64,000 bases of DNA from an uncultured Gammaproteobacteria bacterium. Its GTDB lineage: Bacteria > Pseudomonadota > Gammaproteobacteria > Xanthomonadales > Rhodanobacteraceae. The stretch spans positions 43,485 to 107,484 of the forward strand of contig CAWGFN010000004.1 in assembly GCA_963821885.1 (NCBI GenBank), read 5' to 3'. Positions within the stretch are counted from its first letter, which is position 1. Every line of letters begins with the position of its first letter. Position numbers and translations under genes: made by a program. Shown in pieces: positions 39,135 through 48,254 of this stretch. Below the pieces are notes generated by a model. That model did no database searches. It worked only from the letters and a program-made list of their open reading frames with translations, and had not been told where the DNA came from.

Positions 39135-40148
39135 TCAACCCTGTCCGGCCAGCGTGGCCATGATGGCCTTCTGCACGTGCAGCCGGTTCTCGGCCTCGTC
39201 GATGGCGATGCAGGCGGGCGAATCCATCACCGCGTCGGTGGCCTTGACGTTGCGACGCAGCGGCAGGCAGTGGCTGAACACGCCATGGTCGGTCAGCGCC
39301 ATCTTGGCCTCGTCGACGATGAAGTGGCGGTGGGCGTCGCGAATCGGCTTTTCCGCGTCCCAGCGGCCGAAGTACGGCAGCGCACCCCAGCTCTTGGCGT
39401 AGACCACATGCGCACCGCCGTAGGCCTCCTCGATGTCGTGGCTCACGCGCAGGCTGCCGCCAGTCTCGGCCGCATTCTGTTCCCCGATGGCCATGTAGCG
39501 TTCGTCCAGCGCGTACTCGGGCGTGGGACACAGCAGCGTCACGTCCATGCCGAAGCGCGTGGCGATGGTCAGCGCCGAGTTGGCCACGGCGGTGTTCAGC
39601 GGCCTGGGGTGGTAGGTCCAGGTCAGCACGTATTTCCTGCCGCGCAGGTCCGTGGTGCCGAAATGCTCCTGCAGCGCCATGATGTGCGCCAGCTCCTGGC
39701 ACGGATGGGTGATGGTCTCCATGTTGATCACCGGCACCGTGGCGTACTGCGCGAACGCCTTCAGGACCCGGTCCTGGCGATCCACCGACCAGTCCTGGAA
39801 CTTGGGGAAGGCGCGCACGCCGATCATGTCCACGTAGCGACTGAGCACCCGGGCCACCTCGGCGATGTGTTCCTCGGCCTCGCCGTCCATCACCGCGCCG
39901 AGCTCGAATTCGATCGGCCAGGCGTCCTTGCCCGGCGCCAGCACGATGGCCTTGCCGCCCAGCTGGTGCGCGCCCAGCTCGAAGCTGGTGCGGGTACGCA
40001 TGGAGGGGTTGAAGAACAGCAGCGCGATCGACTTGCCGGCCAGATGCCCGCCAAGCCTGGAGCGCTTGAAGTCGGCGGCCTGCGCCAGCAAGGCGTCAAG
40101 GTCGCCGCGGCTCCAGTCCTGGGTGTTGAGAAAATGACGAGGCGGCAT
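39135..40148 (-). CDS. argF: N-acetylornithine carbamoyltransferase (AOTCase, argF'-type)
   Basis: 338 aa from ATG 40148 (MPPRHFLNTQDWSRGDLDALL..FFNPSMRTRTSFE..HPCQELA..HCLPLRRNV). It resembles the Xanthomonas-type acetylornithine transcarbamylase rather than classical OTCase. Confidence 0.8.
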   Translation of the reverse strand: MPPRHFLNTQDWSRGDLDALLAQAADFKRSRLGGHLAGKSIALLFFNPSMRTRTSFELGAHQLGGKAIVLAPGKDAWPIEFELGAVMDGEAEEHIAEVARVLSRYVDMIGVRAFPKFQDWSVDRQDRVLKAFAQYATVPVINMETITHPCQELAHIMALQEHFGTTDLRGRKYVLTWTYHPRPLNTAVANSALTIATRFGMDVTLLCPTPEYALDERYMAIGEQNAAETGGSLRVSHDIEEAYGGAHVVYAKSWGALPYFGRWDAEKPIRDAHRHFIVDEAKMALTDHGVFSHCLPLRRNVKATDAVMDSPACIAIDEAENRLHVQKAIMATLAGQG

Positions 40149-40200
40149 CTGGATTCCTGGATCAAGTGGGGCAAACAGTGGGAAAACGGCTTTCGGAAAC

Positions 40201-40225
40201 AAAAAAACCCGGCGCGGCGCCGGGT
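40201..40225 (-). terminator. Intrinsic terminator inside the argF' 5' leader (~52 nt upstream of the ATG)
   Basis: Minus strand: ACCCGGCGCCGCGCCGGGTTTTTTT (GC hairpin plus T7). Confidence 0.7.
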
Positions 40226-40424
40226 TTTCGTCAAGCAGCGTGAACCACGCGTGACAGCCTACCCGGCCGGGCTGGTCGTCTCCGGTCGGCGCGCGCGCGA
40301 GGTCATGCCAGCGGCCATGCGGGCGCTGGTCAGGATCACGGGAGCGGCGGAAACGGTCGTCACGGAAGTGAAGTTCCTGAGCTTGCAAAGGCATACAAAT
40401 ACATGAAGGCGATGCACCGCACAA
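40226..40424 (-). promoter_or_regulatory. Candidate argF' leader / attenuator or small RNA, with a possible promoter (TTGTGC-17-TATTTG at 40424-40396)
   Basis: About 200 nt lie between two terminators. The region contains a 19-codon ORF (40318->40259, MAAGMTSRARRPETTSPAG*) with 3 Arg codons in 4 positions. Confidence 0.3.
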
Positions 40425-40450
40425 GCCTTGCGCGACACGGTCACCTCGGA

Positions 40451-40491
40451 GCCGAAAACGAAACGGCGCGCAGGCCCGGGGCCTGCGCGCC
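40451..40491 (-). terminator. Intrinsic terminator of the glycine-zipper protein gene
   Basis: Minus strand: GGCGCGCAGGCC-ccg-GGCCTGCGCGCC followed by GTTTCGTTTTCGG. Confidence 0.75.
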
Positions 40492-40514
40492 GCGTGACGG
40501 TCGGACGGTCCGGC

Positions 40515-41045
40515 TTATTCGACCGGCGAGACGCTGACGCGGATGCGAAGGCGGTCGCCCGGGTCGTACGGCAGTCGCGAAACGTAGATATCACCGTGAT
40601 AGCGGTACTCGACGCTGTAGGCGACGATGCGGCGCTCCTCGCTCACCGTGGTGACGTTCTGGCACTGCGTCTGGGTGCCCTGGTAGGTGGTGTCCGAACG
40701 CGAACCCACGCGGTTGCCGATGGCGCCGCCGGCCACGGCGCCGGCCACGGTGGCGGCCTTGCGGCCATCGCCCTTGCCGACGGTGTTGCCGAGCACGCCG
40801 CCGACGATGGCGCCGATCACCGTGCCGGCAGTGCGGCTGCGGGTATCCTCGCGGACCACCGGCTGGTCGTAGCACTGCTGTTGCGGATGCTCCACGCGGA
40901 CGCGCTGGTAGATCGGATCCACGCGCAACACGTCGGCCCAGCCGAAGTGCGTGTTGGCGCCGGGCGGCGGTGGCGGCGCGTCCTGGGCCAGGGCCGGCGC
41001 GGCGATGAAGGCGGAGAGGAGCAACGGGAGAAACAGCTTGTTCAT
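40515..41045 (-). CDS. Glycine-zipper 2TM (Rick_17kDa_Anti/SlyB-like) exported protein
   Basis: MNKLFLPLLLSAFIAAPALA signal peptide, then ..GTVIGAIVGGVLGNTVGKGDGRKAATVAGAVAGGAIGN.. glycine zipper. The start is ATG 41045. Confidence 0.8.
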   Translation of the reverse strand: MNKLFLPLLLSAFIAAPALAQDAPPPPPGANTHFGWADVLRVDPIYQRVRVEHPQQQCYDQPVVREDTRSRTAGTVIGAIVGGVLGNTVGKGDGRKAATVAGAVAGGAIGNRVGSRSDTTYQGTQTQCQNVTTVSEERRIVAYSVEYRYHGDIYVSRLPYDPGDRLRIRVSVSPVE

Positions 41046-41205
41046 GGAATCCTCGGACGGACGGTTGGGGGTGCCGTCATGCGCGTCTTGATCAGCATTG
41101 CACCAAAGCGTGGCTGAACCGATGCTTAGAGGGCACCGCACGCTCCCGCGCCGGTGGCGCTGTTGCTAAGATGCAGCGCTCACCGCCCAACGCCGCGCAC
41201 CGCCC

Positions 41206-42585
<1,380 letters not shown>

Positions 42586-42611
42586 GGTCCCCGCCAGAGC
42601 CGGAGCACGTT

Positions 42612-42670
42612 CCGTGGGGCGGACTTTGTCCGCCATGGCGTGTGCACGGCGGACAACGTCCGCCCTACGG
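42612..42670. repeat. REPIN-like inverted REP doublet downstream of cysS
   Basis: CCGTGGGGCGGACTTTGTCCGCC-atggcgtgtgcac-GGCGGACAACGTCCGCCCTACGG. The arms are 21/23 complementary, and each arm is itself a GGCGGAC-N4-GTCCGCC palindrome. Confidence 0.7.
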
Positions 42671-42733
42671 GATCGCGCTTGCCCGGCAACGGGCGCATTT
42701 TCCGGATCGGTCCGGCTGCGCGATAATGGCCCG

Positions 42734-43168
42734 ATGAACGAGACCGCATCCGCCGCCGCGGCGCAGCAGGACATCATCGACGAGTTCGCCTTTTTCGGCG
42801 ACTGGAGCGAACGCTACCAGTACCTGATCGACCTCGGCCGCAAGCTGCCCGACTTCCCCGAGGAGCTCAAGCGCGAGCAATTCAAGGTCCACGGCTGCCA
42901 GTCGCAGGTGTGGCTGGTGCCCGGAGGCGATGCTTCGTGCCTGCGTTTCCAGGCCATCAGCGACTCGGCCATCGTGTCCGGCCTGATCGCACTGATCCTG
43001 CGGGTGTACTCGGGCCGCACGGCACGCGAGATCCTGGACACGGAACCGACCTACATCGAGTCGATCGGCCTGGCCAAGCATCTGTCGCCGACGCGCTCCA
43101 ACGGGCTGGTGGCCATGCTCAAGACGATCAAGGGGCATGCCGCGCGTGCCCTGCAAGGCGACGCCTGA
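42734..43168 (+). CDS. sufE: SufE/CsdE-family sulfur acceptor protein
   Basis: 144 aa from ATG 42734. ..FKVHGCQSQVWL.. is the conserved Cys motif. Confidence 0.85.
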   Translation: MNETASAAAAQQDIIDEFAFFGDWSERYQYLIDLGRKLPDFPEELKREQFKVHGCQSQVWLVPGGDASCLRFQAISDSAIVSGLIALILRVYSGRTAREILDTEPTYIESIGLAKHLSPTRSNGLVAMLKTIKGHAARALQGDA

Positions 43169-43171
43169 GGC

Positions 43172-43831
43172 CCGACCGCTTGCGCGTGCCGATGCCTCGC
43201 GCACCCCTCCGTGGCCAGCGCGTTCCGTGGCCCGGATAAGCGCAGCGCATCCGGGACCCGCCGGCCCGCGCTGGACCGACACGTCGCGCTCGCCTGGCGA
43301 GCTTCCCGGAGGCGACCTTCGCCCTTGTCCGGGCTACGACGCCTTGCACGTGCCGATGCCTTGCGCATCCCTCCGTGGCCAGCGCACTCCGTAGCCCGGA
43401 TAAGCGCAGCGCATCCGGGATCCACCGGCCCGCGCTGGACCGACACACCGGGCTCGCCTGGCGAGCTTCCCGGAGGCGGCCTTCGGCCTTGTCCGGGCTA
43501 CGACGCCTTGCACGTGCCGATGCCTCGCGCACCCCTCCGTGGCCAGCGCACTCCGTAGCTCCGGATAAGCGCAGCGCATCCGGGACCCGTCGGCCCGCGC
43601 TCGACCGACACGCCGCGCTCGCCTGGCGAGCTTCCCGGAGGCGGCCTTCGGCCTTGTCCGGGCTACGACGCCTTGCGCGTGCCGATGCCTCGCGCATCCC
43701 TCCGTGGCCAGCGCGCTCCGTGGCCCGGATAAGCGCAGCGCATCCGGGACCCACCGGCCCGCGCTGGACCGACACGCCGCGCTCGCCTGGCGAGCTTCCC
43801 GGAGGCGGCCTTCGACCTTGTCCGGGCTACG
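43172..43831. repeat. Tandem array of four ~164-bp units (periods 164/164/165), each built from REP-like hairpins
   Basis: Unit landmarks CTTGCRCGTGCCGATGCC occur at 43179, 43343, 43507 and 43672. Each unit contains CCCGGATAAGCGCAGCGCATCCGGG, GCTCGCC-t-GGCGAGC, GGCC-ttc-GGCC and ..CTTGTCCGGGCTACG. Confidence 0.9.
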
Positions 43832-43871
43832 GTGCTGCCGGATTCGCCTGCGGCGTTCCAGGCCGACAAAG

Positions 43872-43900
43872 AAAAAGCCCCGCGTCAGGCGGGGCTTTTT
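43872..43900 (-). terminator. Bidirectional intrinsic terminator after dksA
   Basis: AAAAA-GCCCCGC-gtcag-GCGGGGC-TTTTT, 28 nt after the dksA stop. Confidence 0.85.
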
Positions 43901-43927
43901 CTTGTCACGAGCAGAGCGAATGTGCGA

Positions 43928-45160
43928 TCAGTCGCCCATCTGCTTCTGCAGGTGCTCGCGTCGCTCCTGCGCGTCCAGCGAAAGCGTGGCGATGGGCCGT
44001 GCCTCGAGGCGCTCGACCCCGATCTCCTCGTCGGTTTCCTCGCAGAAACCGTAGCGGCCTTCCTCGATCCGCCGCAGCGCCTTCTCGATCTTCGAGATCA
44101 GCTTGCGGTAGCGGTCGCGGGTACGCAGCTCCAGCGAGTTCTCGGTCTCGCGCGTGGCGCGCTCGGCCTCGTCGCCGACGTCACGCACTTCCTCGCGCAG
44201 GTTGTCGATGGTCTGGCGCGATTCCTCGACCAGCTGTTCACGCCAGGTGCGCAGCTTGTCGCGGAAATACGCCAGCTGACGCGGGTTCATGTACTCCTCG
44301 TTCGACTTCGGCTTGTAGCCCTTGGGCAGGTCGATGATCACGGTCGAGGGCAGCGCGTAGCGGCCGTCCTCCTTGGTGACGCTGGGTTCGTTATTGGGTG
44401 CGACAATGGCCATGCGTGGACGTTCTTTCGTACTCTTCTTGCCCGGTGCCTTGCCGGCAGGCGCCTTGGCGCTCTTCGGTGCCCTGACGGGCGCCTTGGA
44501 TGCCGCGGCCTTGCTGCGCGAAGACGGGGACTTGGTGGCAGCGGTCTTCTTCGAAGCCGCCTTGGGAGGGGTGGTCTTGCGGGCCGGAGCCTTCTTGGCG
44601 ATGGTCTTCTTCGCCGCTGTCTTCTTGCTGGCTGCCTTCTTGGCAACCGTCTTCTTGCTGGCCGGCGTCTTCTTCACCGCGGTCTTCTTCGCGGCCGGTT
44701 TCCTTGCTGCCGGTTTCTTCGCCGTGGCCTTCCTGGTCGTCGGTTTCTTCGCCGCGACCTTCCTGGTTGCCGGTTTCTTCGCCGCGACCTTCCTGGCTGC
44801 CGGTTTCTTGGCCGCCGACTTCTTCACCGCGGGCTTCCTGCTGACCGCCTTTTTCGCTGGAGCCTTCTTCACCGCGGTCTTCTTCACCGCGGCCTTCTTG
44901 CTCGCAACCTTCCTGGCCGGCGCCTTCTTGGTCGTCGTCCTGGACGCGGTGCTCTTGCTTGCCGCGACCTTCTTCTTCGGCTTGACGGCCGCCTTCTTCA
45001 GCGGGGCTTTCCTCGCCGTCGACTTCTTCGCGGCAGCCGTCTTGCTCGCCTTGGCGGCGCGCGCGGTGGCTGCGGTCTTGCGGGACCTGGAATCCTTCCC
45101 GCGAGCCGAGGACGTGGTCTTGCGTGCCTTGCTGGAGGCACTACGCGTTGATTTCGCCAT
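43928..45160 (-). CDS. dksA: RNA polymerase-binding protein DksA with a ~250-aa Lys/Ala-rich N-terminal extension; the Zn-finger is reduced to one Cys
   Basis: The C-terminal 150 aa are DksA (..DVGDEAERATRETE..IEEGRYGFCEETDEEIGVERLEARPIATLSLDAQ..). The N-terminus is AKK/ARK repeats. ATG 45160 is preceded by GAGGGAG, and there is no stop between tail and core. Confidence 0.85.
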   Translation of the reverse strand: MAKSTRSASSKARKTTSSARGKDSRSRKTAATARAAKASKTAAAKKSTARKAPLKKAAVKPKKKVAASKSTASRTTTKKAPARKVASKKAAVKKTAVKKAPAKKAVSRKPAVKKSAAKKPAARKVAAKKPATRKVAAKKPTTRKATAKKPAARKPAAKKTAVKKTPASKKTVAKKAASKKTAAKKTIAKKAPARKTTPPKAASKKTAATKSPSSRSKAAASKAPVRAPKSAKAPAGKAPGKKSTKERPRMAIVAPNNEPSVTKEDGRYALPSTVIIDLPKGYKPKSNEEYMNPRQLAYFRDKLRTWREQLVEESRQTIDNLREEVRDVGDEAERATRETENSLELRTRDRYRKLISKIEKALRRIEEGRYGFCEETDEEIGVERLEARPIATLSLDAQERREHLQKQMGD

Positions 45161-45273
45161 GCTCCCTCACCATTGTAGGTCGGCGGCCGGGTGTTATAGC
45201 CTAGTTCGACCACACCAGCAACCGCTTGCACACGACTTCCGGAGCGCTGTTGGACCGTCACCGGAAACCGCAC

Positions 45274-45543
45274 GTGACCCGCATCATCCTTTTTCTGCTC
45301 GGCCTCTACAAGCGCCTCATCAGCCCCCTGCTCGGACAGCGCTGCCGATTTCACCCAAGTTGCTCCGATTATGCCCGCGTCGCGGTGGCACGATTCGGGC
45401 CCTGGCGCGGCAGTGTTCTGGCCGGTTGGCGCATCCTGCGCTGCCAGCCGCTGTGCAGCGGCGGCATCGACCCGGTGCCGGACAGCTTCCATCTGGCCCG
45501 CTGCCGCGGACACGACCACGAGGACGGACACGCCCATGATTGA
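45274..45543 (+). CDS. yidD: Membrane protein insertion efficiency factor YidD
   Basis: ..[24 protein letters not shown]...[14 protein letters not shown] is the family signature. The start is GTG 45274 or ATG 45226. Confidence 0.85.
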   Translation: MTRIILFLLGLYKRLISPLLGQRCRFHPSCSDYARVAVARFGPWRGSVLAGWRILRCQPLCSGGIDPVPDSFHLARCRGHDHEDGHAHD

Positions 45544-46396
45544 GCGACTGCACGTCGGCCTGCTGCTGGCCGCGCTCGCCCTCCCCACGCCGGCCACGCG
45601 GGCCGCCACGAAACCGCTGGTCATCCCCGTCCGGGTCCCACAGGGCGGCCTGGTCATGGGCCATGCCGCCCGTGGATGCCAGGTGCGCGTGGACGGACGC
45701 GTGCTGCGGGTGGGCGCCGACGGCGTGTTCGCCTTCGGCGTCGGCCGCGACGAGAGCGGCCCGGTCACGGTCAGGGCGCGCTGTCCCGGACACCCCGAGT
45801 CCGCGCTGAAGATCCGGGTGACCGCGCGCCACTGGCCCGTCGAACACGTCAACGGCGTGCCGCCGAAGACGGTCTCGCCACCGCCGGCCATCGCCGCGCG
45901 CATCGCCCGCGAACGCACCCTGGTGGCCAACAGGCGCACCCGCGACGACGCCCGAGAGGATTTCGAGCACGGCTTCCGCTGGCCCGTGCACGGCCGCGTC
46001 AGCGGCGTGTTTGGCAGCCAGCGCGTGTACGACGGACAGCCGCGGGCGCCGCATTCGGGCCTGGACATCGCGGTTCCCACCGGCACCCCGGTGCATGCCC
46101 CGGCCGCCGGCCTGGTGACGCTGGCCCGGGACCTGTACCTGAGCGGCAATACCGTGATCATCGACCACGGCGCCGGCATCAGCTCGGTGCTGCTGCACAT
46201 GAGCAGGCTCGAGGTCGAACCGGGACAGCGGGTCAAGGCCGGACAGGTCGTGGGCCTGTCGGGCATGACCGGACGCGCATCGGGTCCGCACGTGCACTGG
46301 GGCATGAACTGGTTCGGCGTGCGCATGGACCCGCGTCTGGTGGCGCGGGAGCACCCGTGGCGCGACCCGGGCGGTGCCCGCAGGCAGGCACGCTGA
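45536..46396 (+). CDS. M23-family metallopeptidase (exported)
   Basis: Signal-like N-terminus [49 protein letters not shown] is the M23 motif set. Confidence 0.88.
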   Translation: MIERLHVGLLLAALALPTPATRAATKPLVIPVRVPQGGLVMGHAARGCQVRVDGRVLRVGADGVFAFGVGRDESGPVTVRARCPGHPESALKIRVTARHWPVEHVNGVPPKTVSPPPAIAARIARERTLVANRRTRDDAREDFEHGFRWPVHGRVSGVFGSQRVYDGQPRAPHSGLDIAVPTGTPVHAPAAGLVTLARDLYLSGNTVIIDHGAGISSVLLHMSRLEVEPGQRVKAGQVVGLSGMTGRASGPHVHWGMNWFGVRMDPRLVAREHPWRDPGGARRQAR

Positions 46397-46427
46397 ATAC
46401 GCCCGCCGGCGGCGCGCGAGGCCCTGC

Positions 46428-47420
46428 CTAGCCCTTGCCCGAACGGTTGGACACCCCGTGCGGCACATGGCCCGTGGCCACGTGGCGGCGGGTGGACTCG
46501 ACGTTGAGTGGCGAATCGTCGAAGAAGATGTCGGCGCCGAAGGCATCCAGGAACGGGCCCTTGTCGCGACCGCCCAGGAACAGCGCCTCGTCGATGCGCA
46601 CGCCCCACTGGCGCAGGGTCAGGATCACGCGCTTGTGAGCGGGTGCCGAGCGCGCCGTGACCAGCGCGGTGCGGATCGGCGAGTCCTCGGCCGGGAACGC
46701 CGCCTGCAGACGATGCAGGGCCGCCAGGAAGCCGCGGAAGGGACCCACCGACAACGGTTCCCGTGCCTGCTCGCTCTCCTGTCGGTGGAAGGCCTCCAGG
46801 CCCTCCTCGCGCGACACGCGCTCGCCCTCGTCGCCGAAGATCACCGCGTCGCCGTCAAAGGCGATGCGCAGTTGCTCGCTGACCCGTGGCGGCGCGGTCG
46901 AGGGCAGGATGGTGGCGGCGGCCACGCCCGCGTGCAGCGCGCGGGTGACGTCCTCGGCATGGGCCGACAGGAACAGGTCGGCGCCGAACGGCTGCACGTA
47001 GTCGGAGGTCGAACCCCCACTGGTGAAGGCGGCGCGGGAGATGTCCAGGCCGTAATGCTGGATGGAATTGAAGATGCGCAGGCCGGTGTCGCCCGAATTG
47101 CGCGACAGCAGGATCACCTCCACCGGCGGCTTGTCCCCGGCCAGGCGGTTCAGGCCCAGCAGCTTCTGCACCAGCGGGAAGGCCACCCCGGGCGCGAGGA
47201 TGTCCTCCTCGTGGTCGATCTGGAAATTGCGGTAGGCATCCAGTCCCTCGCGCTCGAACAGGGCGTGGCTGTCGCCCAGGTCGAAAAGCGCGCGCGAGGA
47301 GATCGCCACCATCAGGCGGTCGTCCGTGGCCGAACCGGCCGAATGTGCGTTGGGCGCTGCGTTCACGAGTGTGTCCTGGCGGATCTGCGTGGCCTGCGTT
47401 ATGGCATGGGCGCGTCTCAC
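46428..47420 (-). CDS. 5'-nucleotidase (cytosolic IA-like, PF06189-type)
   Basis: ..VAISSRALFDLGDSHALFEREGLDAYRNFQ...ALVTARSAPAHKRVILTLRQWG..DEALFLGG.DKG. The start is uncertain. Confidence 0.7.
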   Translation of the reverse strand: MRRAHAITQATQIRQDTLVNAAPNAHSAGSATDDRLMVAISSRALFDLGDSHALFEREGLDAYRNFQIDHEEDILAPGVAFPLVQKLLGLNRLAGDKPPVEVILLSRNSGDTGLRIFNSIQHYGLDISRAAFTSGGSTSDYVQPFGADLFLSAHAEDVTRALHAGVAAATILPSTAPPRVSEQLRIAFDGDAVIFGDEGERVSREEGLEAFHRQESEQAREPLSVGPFRGFLAALHRLQAAFPAEDSPIRTALVTARSAPAHKRVILTLRQWGVRIDEALFLGGRDKGPFLDAFGADIFFDDSPLNVESTRRHVATGHVPHGVSNRSGKG

Positions 47421-47458
47421 GGACTGCGCCGCGGGTGACGCATCCAGTGTAGCGCGGC

Positions 47459-48226
47459 TCAGAGCAGGAACTGCTCGTCGAGGATGCGCTGCTCGAGGTT
47501 GTGCTCGGGATCGAACAGCAGGCGCACGGCGTGCTGGCCGGACTGGCGCACCTCCACGCTGAGCACGTCACGCACCTCGTGGTAGTCGGCGGTGGCGCTG
47601 ACCGGGCGCTTTTCCGGATCCAGGCTGAGCAGCCCCACCCGCGTGGCGTGCGGCAGGATCGCGCCACGCCAGCGGCGTGGCCGGAACGGACTGATCGGGG
47701 TCAGCGCCAGCACGTTGGCGTCCAGCGGCAGGATCGGGCCGTGCGCCGAGAGGTTGTAGGCGGTGGAACCGGCGGGCGTGGACACCAGGATGCCGTCGCA
47801 GACCAGTTCGTCCAGCTTCGGATCGCCGTTCAGGGTCACGCGCAGGTGCGCGGCCTGGTTGCTCTGGCGCAGCAGCGAAACCTCGTTGAAGGCCAGCTCC
47901 ACCACCTCCTCGCCCGCGGCGGTGGTCGCGCGCATCTCCAGCGCGTGCAGCGTCGAGGGGTGCGCGCGGCGAATGCGCGCCTCCAGGTCGTCGTCGCGAT
48001 ACTGGTTCATCAGGAAGCCGACCCGGCCGAGCTTCATGCCGTAGAACGGCTTGTCCAGGTCCAGGTGCTCGTGCAGGGTTCGCAGCATGAAACCATCGCC
48101 GCCGAGGGCGACGATGACGTCGGCCTCGGCCGGCGGCACCGCGGGGTACTGGTCCCCGAGCCGCTGCGCCGCCTCGCGGGCGGCGGGTGCGGTACTGGCC
48201 ACGATGGCGATCTGCATCGGCGACAA
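47459..48226 (-). CDS. nadK: NAD kinase
   Basis: 255 aa with GGDGFML and ..[17 protein letters not shown].. motifs. Confidence 0.9.
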   Translation of the reverse strand: MSPMQIAIVASTAPAAREAAQRLGDQYPAVPPAEADVIVALGGDGFMLRTLHEHLDLDKPFYGMKLGRVGFLMNQYRDDDLEARIRRAHPSTLHALEMRATTAAGEEVVELAFNEVSLLRQSNQAAHLRVTLNGDPKLDELVCDGILVSTPAGSTAYNLSAHGPILPLDANVLALTPISPFRPRRWRGAILPHATRVGLLSLDPEKRPVSATADYHEVRDVLSVEVRQSGQHAVRLLFDPEHNLEQRILDEQFLL

Positions 48227-48254
48227 CCGGCTGTTGAGTCCTCCCCGAGCTTAC

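Noticed and set aside
40259-40594. 111-aa minus-strand ORF spanning the argF' leader
   Set aside because: It crosses an intrinsic terminator of the upstream gene and overlaps that gene's 3' end. Only its last 19 codons, from an internal ATG, are discussed as a speculative leader peptide.
43172-43831. Possible CRISPR array
   Set aside because: The units are contiguous ~164-bp repeats with no unique spacers between short repeats, and no cas genes are in the window.
43128-44337. ORFs 43128..43775 (-) and 43375..44337 (+) with internally repeated peptides
   Set aside because: The periodic peptides simply reflect translation of the 164-bp DNA repeat. ORFs are open in several frames on both strands, the unit length is not a constant multiple of 3, and the sequence is dominated by hairpins.
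44373-45539. 388-aa plus-strand ORF rich in FFAA/LLA repeats
   Set aside because: It is the antisense translation of the AKK-repeat region of dksA (the complement of Lys/Ala codons gives Phe/Leu/Ala). It also overlaps yidD in a different frame.
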